DNA of 46,296 bases from Welwitschia mirabilis. Its lineage: Eukaryota. The stretch is from the NCBI GenBank assembly GCA_051453625.1, contig JBOZIK010000001.1:40774658-40820953 (forward strand). Reading direction: 5' to 3'. The translations under genes were made by a program, and so were the position numbers. How positions within the stretch are numbered: position 1 is the first letter of the stretch; every line of letters starts with the position of its first letter. Below are positions 11,160 to 23,515 of the stretch, in pieces. The notes beneath the pieces were generated by a model. That model was not told the DNA's origin. It ran no database searches and saw nothing but the letters and a program-made list of their open reading frames with translations.

Positions 11160-12932
11160 GGGAGTCCAATTCATTTAACTCATGGTTATATCTTTTAGAC
11201 CCATACAAGATGTTCAAGCTTAATGTCCAATTTGATTTCCCTATATTTTTCCTTTTTTTGAATAACATACAAAAGGAGATAGCCACTGAGTGCTGAATCA
11301 CTGATGTAGCATGTGCCTTCTCCTTCATCATAGCTATCATCATTATCATCCAAGGTAATGGATGTCTGAATGGTACAAGTTAAGGAAGACATGGGTGGAG
11401 GTGTGTTTCACTTTCTAGCTGGCTGCTAAAATGTCTTATTAAGGCCCTGAGGGATCTTTCTCCTTATAGTTAATATGTCTATGGAGTAATCGAAGTGTCA
11501 AAGAAGATAGCAGTGATGGTTTGAGTAAAGGATGATTGTGGAGCTATGCAAAGAGGTGAAACATGGATGGATTTAGTGAAAAGTGATGTGGATATGGAAT
11601 ACGAGGTAGTAATGATGGTCAAGAAGCTAATGAAAGTTGCGTGGAATTGTGGATGAGTACCTTCTGATGAGGCTTATAGAAGATGAGGGGCTAAATATCA
11701 AAGCTCTCTGACTCTCCCTACAACTCCCCCTATGATGTGCTAAAGTCTAGTGCTCCTCTTATACGTATGCCTTCTCTCCTATAGACTCTAAAGTATTAGT
11801 ATCTACTATATGATCCAATTCATATCTTGTACATGTAGAGCTAGAAGTGCCTCTGCCTTTGATTCCTTCTTGAAATCTATTCAAGTGGGAGTCTCCATGG
11901 ATTCCCAACTATGTGTATGGGTCTCTCCTTTACTGACTATGGATTGGTGCTTCTTTAGACTTAACAAATTACATACAATCAAACTAATCATCTTTGCAAT
12001 AGCTTTTAGAACCTTCTTAACAAATGATGAACTATGAGATGCTATAGAGTAAGACCATGAAAATTGTGATTTAGATGGTCTTCTACTTGTGCCTTCACCA
12101 AATGGCACTAGTACTCATCGTTTATCACTGAATTATAGAAGTGACTCCTTTGAATGAATGATACTTTCCTATGGCACTAAGATATTGGCACTACTGATAA
12201 TCAAACTAATCAAAGAAGGGTAATCCAAAGTCTAACCCTTCCAAAAAAGTGTAATAATGTCCATACATAGAATAAATCCTAAATAAATCTTTAGTCCCAT
12301 AAGAAGACAGTAAACAATAAACCTCTTTATGAGTTTGCAATAGCTATAGTTGTCATCCCAAATAAGTATGTTATAGAATGTGATTAAACTTAAAATAAAT
12401 GCATCTAAAACCATATCCTTACATTCTATATTCTCACAAAAGTTCATTCTAGAATGCCTAAATAGTACATTATTCATTAAATTTCATAAAACACTAATAG
12501 AATGGCAAGTGAATATGTCTTTCAAAGAATGGATATATAGTTGTGAAAGATCTAAATCATCAATACGAAGCATAGAATTCACAAACTTGGGTGTAAGATA
12601 TAAAGAAGTACCTTGTACTTGTATTCAAAATGTTTTAGTGTTATTAACAATCTCATGTATGTTGGCATAAAATTCTCTGACAATGAGGTTTAGAATGCCT
12701 TGATCCAACTAAACTACCATGTCCCATCCAACACATGAAAAGAATGTAAGTAACTGATCCTTTCTCTGCTTCTGAAATCGAAGAGTCCATTCTGTAATAA
12801 TTGAGTTTCTCATCTAGGTTTGAAAACATTTGGCTGCAAACTCATAATAGAACTAATGCTCATACTGTGTTTTATGTGTTTCTATGGCTGGTTCTTTACC
12901 TTTAAGACACTAGAGGATTCTCATATCACCAT
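11160..12932 (-). pseudogene. Degenerate env-like / extra 3' ORF of the SIRE (putative plant transposon protein family)
   Basis: From ATG at 12932: KGKEP..GWDMVV..LIVREFYANI..LDYPSLIS, motifs typical of the SIRE/Athila 3' ORF. Located between pol and the PPT; many stops; 3' limit approximate. Confidence 0.7.
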
Positions 12933-13038
12933 GTTTAAAGAATATATGAAAGAACTAAACTAAAATCAACTAAAATGTGAAAGAATTAATGAACATAAGC
13001 ACCTGTAAGGAAAAAAAAAACTACTTGTGTTGATTGTG

Positions 13039-13483
13039 AAGATGTCTTTCAAATCCAAGATGTCTTTGTAGAAAAATCTAAGAAAAATAGGTTGAAAAAG
13101 AGCTCTGAGAAGGATACCTATTAAGTTGAGAAATGAAAATGATAGATGATGGCCCTTTTTTTTTAAAAAAGGATTAAAACCCTAGTTTTCTTGCATTTAT
13201 TTTTTATTTTCACAATAATTCTTAAAAGATGTCTATTAACTAAAAGACATCTAAAACAATAATAGTAGATATCTACATAGATTAAAAACATCTTCCATTA
13301 AAAAATTTATAATTCATTTTAATACTATAAATACATATACCAATTTAAAGATGTCTAATTTGTGATATTAAAAAAAGATACATGACCTTCAAAGACATCT
13401 AATATATGAAGACATTTTCTTGATAGATGTCTACAAAACTGAAGACATCTCCTTGATATATGTTCATAAAATAGAAGATGTCT
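13039..13483. promoter_or_regulatory. Cluster of decayed AGACGTCT palindromes between pol and the env-like ORF
   Basis: Repeated agatgtct / agacatct; the same motif clusters in both LTRs (~10130-10570, ~38040-38460), with an intact agacgtct at 10561-10568. Confidence 0.7.
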
Positions 13484-13661
13484 TTACTAAAAAATTAGAA
13501 AAATTCAAAATTTTCTATGACTAATATTATGATAATAGTATCACATTAAAAAGATAAAGTAACATGCACAAAATTTACTATTCTAGTGGCTAACTATAAT
13601 CTCAACTCATAAAATATCCTAGAGTGGAGTTAGCATTTTGAAACTTATTATCTAATGAATT

Positions 13662-14082
13662 ACCTAATTGGACAAGGCCTAATCCCTAAGTTCCTATAAA
13701 ATTGAACAAACCTATTACCACTTAATGGTTTAGTGAAGACACTAGTGAGTTAATCATCACTATTAATCTATTGCATAATGATTTCCTTTTTTTGTACATG
13801 CTCTCTGAGAAAATAATTTCAGATCTTGATGTGTTTGATTCTTAAATATTGTATTAGATTATTTAAGATGTTAATAGTACTTTTGTTATTGTGAAATATG
13901 GGAATTTTTTCTAAGAATAGTATGAAATCTTTTAATGTTTTCTTTATTCAAAATAGCTATGCACAACTCTCATTAGTAAAATATTTAGCCTTAGTAGTTA
14001 AAAGAGTAGTTGAGTTTTGGTTTTTGCTACTTGAAGATATTAGACATTTCCTAATTAAGAAGTAGTTCCACTTATGCTTCTT
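13662..14082 (-). pseudogene. pol: SIRE pol C-terminus (RNase H)
   Basis: RRSISG.. after the junction, and *LTSVFTKPLSGNRFVQFYRNLG (QLADIFTKPL motif). Confidence 0.85.
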
Positions 14083-14087
14083 CTATC

Positions 14088-15196
14088 TGTTAGGATTCTA
14101 TTTTTGCCAATTGATGTTAAACTAATATGATTTTGTAGAATTAAAAGTGATTTTATAGGTGTAAGAAACTACCAGATCAATATCCAAGAGATAACAAGAT
14201 TTGGAAATGTTTTGATTAAAGTAACTTGGGTTTCTGTCCAAGGACTTAATGTAGAAGCCAATCAAACTTGGAAATACGTGTTTTGGGCTATTTCATGTGG
14301 GATCGACTGGATTTTTGAGGGGTCAACTGGATATGAACATGCATTTTTCAAGCTTTTCAATACGTACCATGTCCCATGGGGTCGACCGAACTCATGTGGG
14401 ATCAACGGACCTAGAGGAAAGCGGTTGACCGGATTTTTGATGGGGTCAACCGGGCCTGTAATCTCAAGTGCTAGTATCTCTAAACCAAATGGAAAGGGGT
14501 CGACCAGATGTTCTAAGGAGTATAGCGCGGAATCAGAAATTTTAAAGTGGTTTTCTAACCATTGCTTCACCAAATATATCCATTACAAATGTCAGATTCG
14601 TGCCTATCTAGTTAAACGGTTATATTTTGGGGGAATCTATAAATAAGAGGCAACACTCAAAAACCCTAAGGGCTTGACATTGGATTGGATTTTTGCAAAG
14701 AAAGGTTGTAGTTTTAATCTAAAAGGCTTATCTATGTATTATCATTCTTCTCTCACTTAGCACTTATCTTTGTATCAAATCTGAGCATTAAGGCTCCATT
14801 GCTAGTTCTTTCACTTGAGTGATCTAGAGCATTGAGGCTTCATACTTTCACTCATCATTATGCATTTCTGAAGGTTGAGACTTACCCTGTGAAGATCCTT
14901 TTAAATAGGTTAAGACTTAGCCTGTAAAAGTCCGCTTTATAAGGGTTACAGGTGAACCTGGAAAAACCTATGGAGTAACAGAGATCCAAGATCAAGCTTG
15001 GGAGAAGCTTATCATTGAGAGTGGAGTAGGGTGTATCCCAAACCACTATAAATCTTGTCTTATGCTTTTATTTTGGTTCTTCTTTTTATTTTATTTTCTT
15101 ATATCTTTTATGCATAATTCCTTTTAATAGCAATAATTATTTGAATATTTTAGAGGTCTTATTTACCCCCTCCCCTTTAGAATTCATGATCCTACA
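14088..15196 (+). repeat. LTR copy 1 (5') of the gag-only SIRE
   Basis: TG..CA, TATA CTATAAATA at ~14637, GGTCGACC-type palindromes, followed by the PBS. Confidence 0.92.
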
Positions 15197-15198
15197 AT

Positions 15199-15209
15199 TG
15201 GTATCAAAG
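15199..15209 (+). other. Primer-binding site (tRNA-iMet)
   Basis: TGGTATCAAAG, 2 nt after the LTR. Confidence 0.9.
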
Positions 15210-15266
15210 AACCAAGTTGAGTTAACTCTAAGATTTTAACTAATCATTAACTCAATAACCCTAGCC

Positions 15267-16607
15267 ATGAGCTGTCTTGCAGAAGGTTTCTCTATTTCTA
15301 GGCCTCCGCTATTTGATGGAAAAAATTATGGATACTGAAAGACTAGAATGAGGATTTTCTTAAGATCTCTTGATTTATATTATGAGAATGTTTTGATCAC
15401 AGGTTATAGCCATCCTACCATGACTCAAAAGGATGTTAATGACAATTCCTTAGTAGTATTAAAACCAAAAGATAAATGGACTAGATTAGATAAAGTTAAT
15501 GCTACTATTGATGCTTGTACTTTGAATGCAATTTTTTGTGCTATAAATGCAAATGAGTTTAAGAGGATAGCAAGCTGCCAGACTACCAAAAAAGCATGGG
15601 ATATTCTTACTGTTTCTCATGAAGGGATATCCATTGTGAAGCAAGCAAAGATGCAGATGCTGCTTATAAAATTTAAAGAGATTAAGATGAATGAGGAAGA
15701 TACTCTTCAGGAATTATTTACCAATATAATGGACATTACAAACTCAATGGAAAGCCTTGAAGAAAATATGAAGGAAGTCAAGATACTAAGGAAAATTTTA
15801 AGATCCCTTCCAAAGGGATTTGAACCAAAAGTGACTACGATTGAAGAAAGTAAAGATCTCAACAAGATGCCATTGGAAGAACTACAAGGTAACCTTCAAA
15901 CTTATGAGTTAAAATTTTTTTAAAATAGAAAAAAGAGTTTTTCTTTTAAAAGCATGCAGGAATAAAGCTCATATGAAGAACCTGAAGAACATGGGATATT
16001 ATCACTCATGGCACACGTGAATCCTACTACTCAATCACCAAAATTATTTGAGCATGATGATTTGGACATGAGTGAAGATGAAGAAGAGAAGGATGTTGAA
16101 GACATATGTCTTAAACTATATCAAAAATGTGAAAGGCTTGTTGTAAAAGTCAATGAACTAAAAAATATCATCAAGGAGTTGAGAAGGAAGAATGAAGCCA
16201 TGAATCAAAGAGACAAAGAGGTTCAAAAAGAAAACACAAGTCTTATAGAGAAGTTAAGCTAATATTCACAACTCTTGAGTAGATTTACAGAAGGATCAAA
16301 GAAGCTTAAGAAGATGCTTGGATTAGGACACCTTGCACATGATAAAAGCGGTATTGGATTTGAAGGCACCGATACATCTACTTCATCAAGTGAGGTAAGC
16401 ATTATAGGTATAACATCTCTCACCAAAAATATTACTTGTCATTATTGTTGCAAATTTGATTATTCAAATTTTAATTGTCCATATAGAAAAATTATGTATT
16501 TTGCAAATGTTAATGCATTATCATTTAAATTTATTCCCAAACAAGTCTCTACCCAAAAGTCAAGAAAGACCATATGGGTAAAAGCTAAGGATTTAGAATC
16601 TTTTTGA
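15267..16607 (+). pseudogene. gag: SIRE gag (disrupted)
   Basis: MSCLAEGFSISRPPLFDGKNYGY*KTRM, AWDILTVSHEG, KILRSLPKGFEPKVTTIEESKDL, GSKKLKKML..DKSGIGF, CHYCCKFDYSNFNC, TIWVK. Premature stops and a frameshift. Confidence 0.92.
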
Positions 16608-17612
16608 TCAAGAAAATTTCAACTTTAGTAGTAGGTCATTATTTTGATTAATTATTGATTACTACAATTTCTTTTAAACTTTTCAATTCTTCTAATATGA
16701 TGTGCTTTTTGGAATTATCATTATGATATTTACCCTATTATTAGATTTGCATCTTAATGATAACTCTTGTGAAACTCTATCTATAAACTTTAAATATTTT
16801 GATGTTTTACTTTGTCTTATCATTTTTCTTTGTGGACTTTATGCATTTGAAAATTATCATCTCAATGACATACTTGCTTTACTTATAATGCAAATCAGTT
16901 ATATATCCTAGCACAATCTTTGTATCACTTTGCATCATTTGGCATATCTTATTTGGTAGTATGAAATTATATGTACTTATTTTTAAAAACTTAAAATTAT
17001 TTATATCATTTCAAAATAGATTCTTATGTCATCTATTTCAATAAGTATGTCTGATCTCATTTGGATTATCATTTGGTATCATGATGTTTTCTCAAATTGT
17101 GAATAAAAAAATTTGTAACATTTAAAAGCACAAAATTTTATTTATTCGTATCCCTTTACTTATCTCAATATTTAGACTATTACTTTTACATATGGTATCA
17201 AGAAAGGGGGAGAGAAGATGAAGTTTGCTTTCAAAAAGTTTTTGATAAGATGTTGGGCTTTCAAAGTATTTGTTTTGAAGTATTTGTTAAAGGGGAGAAA
17301 TGCTTATTTATTTTACTCTTTACTTGAATGTTTATATTCCTTGATGTAAGGGGGAGTTTTTCTTATAATGTGCCTTAAATTTGTGTGGTGAAAAAGCTTA
17401 AATGTGTCTAAATTTTGAAATCACTTATTCTTTGCCATTGATGTCAAAGGGGAAGATATAGAATATGGTGAACTAATACTATTTATATGGCCTTGTGAAA
17501 TGGGGATATTTTATTATGTTAATATGCCTTATTAGAAAGAGCTTAAAAGATGAAATATTTATTTGATCTTGTAATCAGTTATTTGTTTTCCATCAATGTC
17601 AAAGGGGAAAAT

Positions 17613-18714
17613 TGATAGGATTTTATTTTACCATTTGATGTCAAAATAATATGATATTTATAGAATGAAAAGTAATTTTACAGGTGCAAGAAACTATTGT
17701 ACCTATTTCCAATAGATAGCAAGATTTGGACATGTTCTGATTAAAGTAACTTGAGTTTCTATCTAAGGACTTAATGTAGAAGCCAACCAAACTTGGAAAT
17801 ACATAGTTTGGGAGGGGTCAACCAAATATGAACATGCATTTTTCAAGCTTTCTAATATGTACTATGTCCCATATGAGGTCAATTAGACTTGGAGAAAAGT
17901 GGTTGACTAGATTTTGATGGGGTCAAATAGACCTGTAACCTAAAAGTTACTATACTTAAACCGGATGAAAAGGGGTTAACTGGATGTTTCAAGGGGTCGA
18001 TCAGATAGCACAGAAGAGGAAATTTTAAAGCAGTTTTCTAATCATTACTTCACCAAATTTATCTGTTACAAATGTCAGATTCATGCTCATCTAGTCAAAC
18101 GGTTATATTTTAGGAAAATCTATAAATAAGAGGAAACACTCAAAAACCCTAAGGACTTTACATTTGATTGTATTTTTGGAATGGAAGGATGCACTCTTAA
18201 TCTAAAGGACTTATCTATGTATTATCATTCTTCTCTTACTTAGCACTTATCTTTGTATCAGATCTAAGCATTAAGGCTCCATTGCTAGTTCTTTTACTTG
18301 AGTGATCTAGAGCATTGAGGCTTCATTCTTTCATTCATCATTATGCATATCGGAAGGTTGACACTTAGCCTATAAAAGTCTATTTGAAGAGGTTAAAACT
18401 TAGCCTGTAAAAGTCCGTTTATGAAGGTTGAAACTTAGCCTATAAAAATCTACTTGTAAGGGTTACAGGTGAACCTGGAAAACCTATGAAGTAATAAAGA
18501 TTCAAGATATAACTTGGGAGAAGCTGATTGTTAAGAGTGGAGTAGGGTGTATCCCAAACCAATATAAATCTTATCTTGTGCTTTTACTTTGAGTTTGCTT
18601 TGTATTTTGTTTTGTTATATTTCTTTAAGCATAATTCCTTTTGATAGTAATAATTATTTGAATTTATCAAAAGTCCTATTCACCCCCTCCACCTCTAGGA
18701 TTGATGATCCTATA
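17613..18714 (+). repeat. LTR copy 2 (3'-type, more diverged) of the same family
   Basis: Preceded by PPT aaaggggaaaat (17601-17612). Homologous to copies 1 and 3. Followed by neither a PBS nor the CTATC TSD. Confidence 0.9.
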
Positions 18715-21417
18715 GTTTTAGTTTCTTAGTTCTTTAAATCCTCTACCTAATAGGATTAATCTGCATCTTGACATTAGAATTCATCAATGACATAAGGCGT
18801 TTCTATAGTTATGAATTCATTTAGAACTTTATTATTCATGGCCATCATGAAGTCTTCCTCAAAACCTAAAAAGAATTTATTCAAATGATTCCATAATCAT
18901 TAAGTCAACTGATAAAATCTTAAGGATTATCATCTTAATCACTTCATGGTATACTGCCAAGGCTTATAGGTAGCTTATAGACTTTGATCAAGCAATTGAA
19001 GGTACTTCATGAAATCTTATTAATTTTACATTAATTCACCTCTTTACCAATTTTCTTTCATTTTATTATAGTTTATATCTTCTCTTTTAGATGCCAATCA
19101 ATAAAGAATAAACCTTATGCTTTTAACCTAATCCATCAAATCCATAAATTTAGTTTAGTAAGATGCCTCATTTGCAGCACCTCTAGTGTATTCTAAAATC
19201 TACTTATCACATCAAATATTTGATACTTATCCTAGTTATTTACTATAAACCATCTATTTTTAAAATTAGTATCTCTAATCTAAGATCTTAGTTATTTAAT
19301 ACTACCTTATAATATAATCCTCTTTACCTTTGATGTATATTAGATATATCCTCACATTCTTAGAGATAAAGGTCTCGATGTACTTAAAGATATAGATAAG
19401 GAATACTTTTAAATGCATCTAATTCCATAATGGAAGTTATATCCAAGGGAAATTATCTCTATGTCTTCTCTAGTTATTAAATAAAACTATATAAGATTAG
19501 ATGATGAATACTTTAAGAAGAGTTATAGTATCAACATGAGAAGTAACTTTGTAATGATTTATGCTTATTCTTTTCTTTGTTTCCTTAAGAAATATATCTT
19601 TTTTAGCATGGCCATAATTATCTTAAATATATTAAATAATACATCAGTGATGCCTTAGGTATTTGAATAAGTACCCCTAATTTCCTACTAATAGTGCTAG
19701 AGAAGTATAATCCTAATTATCCAACATTAACATCACACATCACATCTCTTAGATCTTTCTTAATGCCTTAGACATTATTTTATTTAAAGTCTCTACATTT
19801 AGTTTGATAAGATTACTATCTACTAAATGCTATCAAATATCTATAAATACCTATCAATACATTTCCATTTTCTTTTGTATTATTACCCATTATAAGAAGA
19901 ACTTTATCATTTTATAATTATGAAGATATTTAATTTAATAATCTAGTCTTGGGAATTTTTTATACAACTTAAATTTAACCTAATTTAACTTTTATGAGCT
20001 CATAACTATCTTTCTAACTTCTTACTCAATTGCTTCAGAAAGTTTCTTTATGTTTAAGGGATTAATTCTTCTTCATAATATTCAACAAGGCATTTGGAAG
20101 AATAAATAGACTCTTTTTGTCTTTAAAATAAATTCTAGTACTTTGATAAAGTATCTAAGCATATGAAAATCCTATAATATTTTAGCTTCTTTATCTACAA
20201 AAAAAAAAAAAAAGAAAAACCATATTGAAGAAGGTAATTTTAAACCTAATCATTTTGGCATAGTTCCTAAAAACTTAAAATATTTATTTCTCATAAAAGA
20301 TTTTCTAATATTGCAAATAGAATTTCTAGATATCTAAGCAAGTCATGCATTTTCCACCCCATGTAACCCATAAGTAATCATGATTTCTTTATTTCTAATT
20401 ATTAGTTTTTAGCTACCATTACTTATGCCTCTTTATTTCTTATGGTACAAAAGCCAGGCTAAAGATATGTACACGATGGTTTTCTTATTTTATCTAGGCT
20501 ACATTGGCCCATTACATCCTTTAATAATATCATGTAATGAGGTTATATTCCTCTTATATAAGGAGGTAATCTACTTTATTCAAAGATATAGAATCAAAAG
20601 AACCTTAACAGGTGGTGTAAATTTATAATAGGAATTTCTTTTATGTTTGTCTTTGTTCATTTTCATTAGAATCTTTTTAACTTCTTCATTTCCTTTTCTT
20701 GTCTTCATTATAATACACGATTCATGAAAAGTTTTTAATCTTTGTTTTTTTAATTTGAATAATTATTAGATGTAAATAAATAGTTGGATTTCATAGCCAA
20801 TAAAAAGATTTATTTACAAATAAGTAGAAAAAATAAAGTGGTATTGGGAAATTAGACCCTTCATCAATATTAACTATACATCAGTTTGTAATGAAACGTA
20901 CAACTCAAAAAATGACCTGTACATGTGACCATTTCTTTTTAACTCACAAACCTAATTAAATAAGAGAATAATTATACATATAACCATTTTTCATTAACTA
21001 AAGAAACTTAATCAAGAAAAATACTAATTATTACCTAATAATTTTCTAAATAAAAGGAGTTTTACACATCTTGGTAGGGATGTGGAAGAGGGTTATGAAA
21101 ACTACATGTCATCTTATGGTATTTACTTTAAACAATGATCATTACGTTTCACAAATTCCTTAATTTAAAATTAACTATTAGTAAGGAAACATGTTAATAA
21201 ACTCAAGCAATTTCAGGACTTATGAAAACCCTCAAATGTTTTAAGATGAACTCATGTAATTTTAGCATTTAAGAAAATCCTCACATTCTTTTAAATATGA
21301 GAGAGGCTTATTTCTTATTCTAAAAACCACTATGAATGTGAAAAAGAAGCATTGATTTGTCTAAAGCAAAGAATCATTAGAAATAGTGATATCAAAGAAA
21401 TCTATAATGATGTGGAT
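18715..21417 (-). mobile_element. Highly degenerate Ty1/copia gag-pol remnant, ending at a gap
   Basis: Minus-strand fragments LLIMGNNTK..IGIYR, L*HY (LWH), DLMD*VKSI (LMDxVRSM), and a decayed zinc knuckle near 20430. Confidence 0.5.
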
Positions 21418-21517
21418 NNNNNNNNNNNNNNNNNNNNNNNNNNNNNNNNNNNNNNNNNNNNNNNNNNNNNNNNNNNNNNNNNNNNNNNNNNNNNNNNNNN
21501 NNNNNNNNNNNNNNNNN
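21418..21517. other. Assembly gap (100 N); further gaps at 28198-28297, 28639-28738, 35072-35223, 43157-43630 and 43955-44055
   Basis: Runs of N. Confidence 1.
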
Positions 21518-22392
21518 GGACTTTATGCATTTGAAAATTATCATCTCATTGACATACTTACTTTACTTATAATGCAAATCAGTTATATATCCTAGTACAA
21601 TCTTTATATCTATTTTCATCATTTGGCATATCTCATTTGATAATATAAAATTGTATGTGCTGATTTTGAAAATATTAAAATTACTATCTTAAATTAAAAA
21701 TGACCTAAAATATTTGTGTCATCTAAATTAATTAGTGTTTTTTATCACATTTGCATTATCATTTGGTATTATAGTTTTTTCTCAAAATGGTATCATTTAA
21801 ATATGTAATTCATAAGTGTTGTGTTAATCATTAATTTTGGTAGAATTTTGTACATATTCAAAACTTTTCTCATTTAAAAGCATAACTTGTCTATTTAAAA
21901 TGCCTAAATATGTTTCAAAATTTTGGCTTATCATTATTTATCATTTGGTATAATCATAGGGGGAGAGAATATGTTTGTTAGCTATACCTAAATATGACGT
22001 TATTATTTTCCATTAATGTTAAAGGGGAAGAGAAGATGTAGTGCTTTCAATTCAATGTTCAATTCAATATGCTCTTTTTATTGTAATTTTTGAAGATCTT
22101 GTGCTATTTAGTCAAAGGAGGAGAAAATATTACCTATCTTACCTTTTGCTTATATATGTAAATGTTTTGATGTAAGGGGGAGCTTTTTAACTTTTTAATG
22201 TGTTCTTAAAAATGTTTAGTAAATGAGTTTAAATTTTTTAAATCTTTGAAATTACTAAATTGTTTTCCATTAATGTCAAAAGGGAAGATTTTATTATGTT
22301 AATATGCCTTATTAGAAAGAGCTTAAAAGATGAAATATTTATTTGATCTTAAAATCACTTATTTATTTGCCATCAATGTCAAAGGGAGAGAT

Positions 22393-23510
22393 TATTAGGA
22401 TTCTATTTTTGCTAATTGATGTCAAACTAATATGATTTTTATAGACTTAAAAATGATTTTACAGGTGTAAGAAACTACCGAATCAATATCCAAGAGATAG
22501 CAAGATTTGGACATGTTCTAATTAAAGTAACTTGGGTTTCTGTCCAAGGACTTAATGTAGAAGCTGACCAAACTTTAAAAAACGCGTTTTACGCTATTTT
22601 ATATGGGGTCAACCAGATTTTTGAGGGGTTAACCATATATGAACATGCATTTTTTAAGCTTTCCAATATGTACTATGTCCCATGGGGTCGACTGGACTTA
22701 TGTGGGGTCGACCGGACCTAGAGGAAAGTGGTCGACCGGATTTTTAATGGGGTCGACCAGACCTGTAATCTCAAGTGCTAGTATCCCTGAACCGAATGGA
22801 AAGGGGTTAACCCGATGTTCCGAGTGGTCGACTGGATAGCACAGAAGCGAAAATTTTAAAGCGGTTTTCTAACCATTACTTCACTAAATATATCCGTTAC
22901 AAATGTCAGATTCGTGGCTATCTAGTTAAATGGTTATATTTTGGGGAAATCTATAAATAAGAGGCAACACTCAAAAACCCTAAGGGCTTGACCTTAGATT
23001 AGATTTTTGGAAAGGAAGTTTGCACTCTTGATCTAAAGGGTTAATCTGTGTATTATCATTCTTCTCTCACTTAGCACTTATCTTTGTATCAGATCTGCGC
23101 ATTAAGGCTCCATTTCTAGTTCTTTCACTTGAGTGATCTAGAGCATTAATGCTTCATACTTTCACTCACCATTGTACATTTCTAAAGGTTGAGACTTACC
23201 CTGTAAAACTCTGGTTGAAGAGGTTGAGACTTAGACTAAAAAGTCCACTTTGTAAGGGTTACAGATGAACCTGGAAAAACTGTGGAGTAACAGAGATCCG
23301 AGATTAAGCTTGGGAGAAGCTGATCGTTGAGAGTGGAGTAGGGTGTATCCCGAACCACTATAAATCTTGCTTTATGCTTTTATTTTGGTTTTGCTTTTTA
23401 TTTTATTTTATTATATCTTTTATGCATAATTCCATTTGATAGCAATAATTGTTTGAATATTTTAGAAGTCCTATTCATCCCCCCCCCTTCCTAGGGTTCA
23501 CAATCCTACA
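22393..23510 (+). repeat. LTR copy 3 (3') of the gag-only SIRE
   Basis: Preceded by PPT aaagggagagat (22381-22392), ends CCTACA followed by the CTATC TSD. By eye closest to copy 1. Confidence 0.92.
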
Positions 23511-23515
23511 CTATC

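Larger units (their letters stand above)
14088..23510 (+). mobile_element. Non-autonomous (gag-only) SIRE element inserted in the RNase H of the large SIRE
   Basis: TGTTAGG...CCTACA ends and CTATC TSD (14083-14087, 23511-23515). PBS at 15199-15209, gag, multiple AGGGGGAG-like tracts before the 3' LTR, no plus-strand pol. The host motif GCKDD|RRSISG is split at the site. Confidence 0.85.

Noticed and set aside
14212-14646. 144-aa ORF and the antisense 103-aa ORF; similarly 9600-9824, 22639-22839 and 37359-37776
   Set aside because: They lie within LTRs, the frames are not conserved among LTR copies, and they have no protein motifs.
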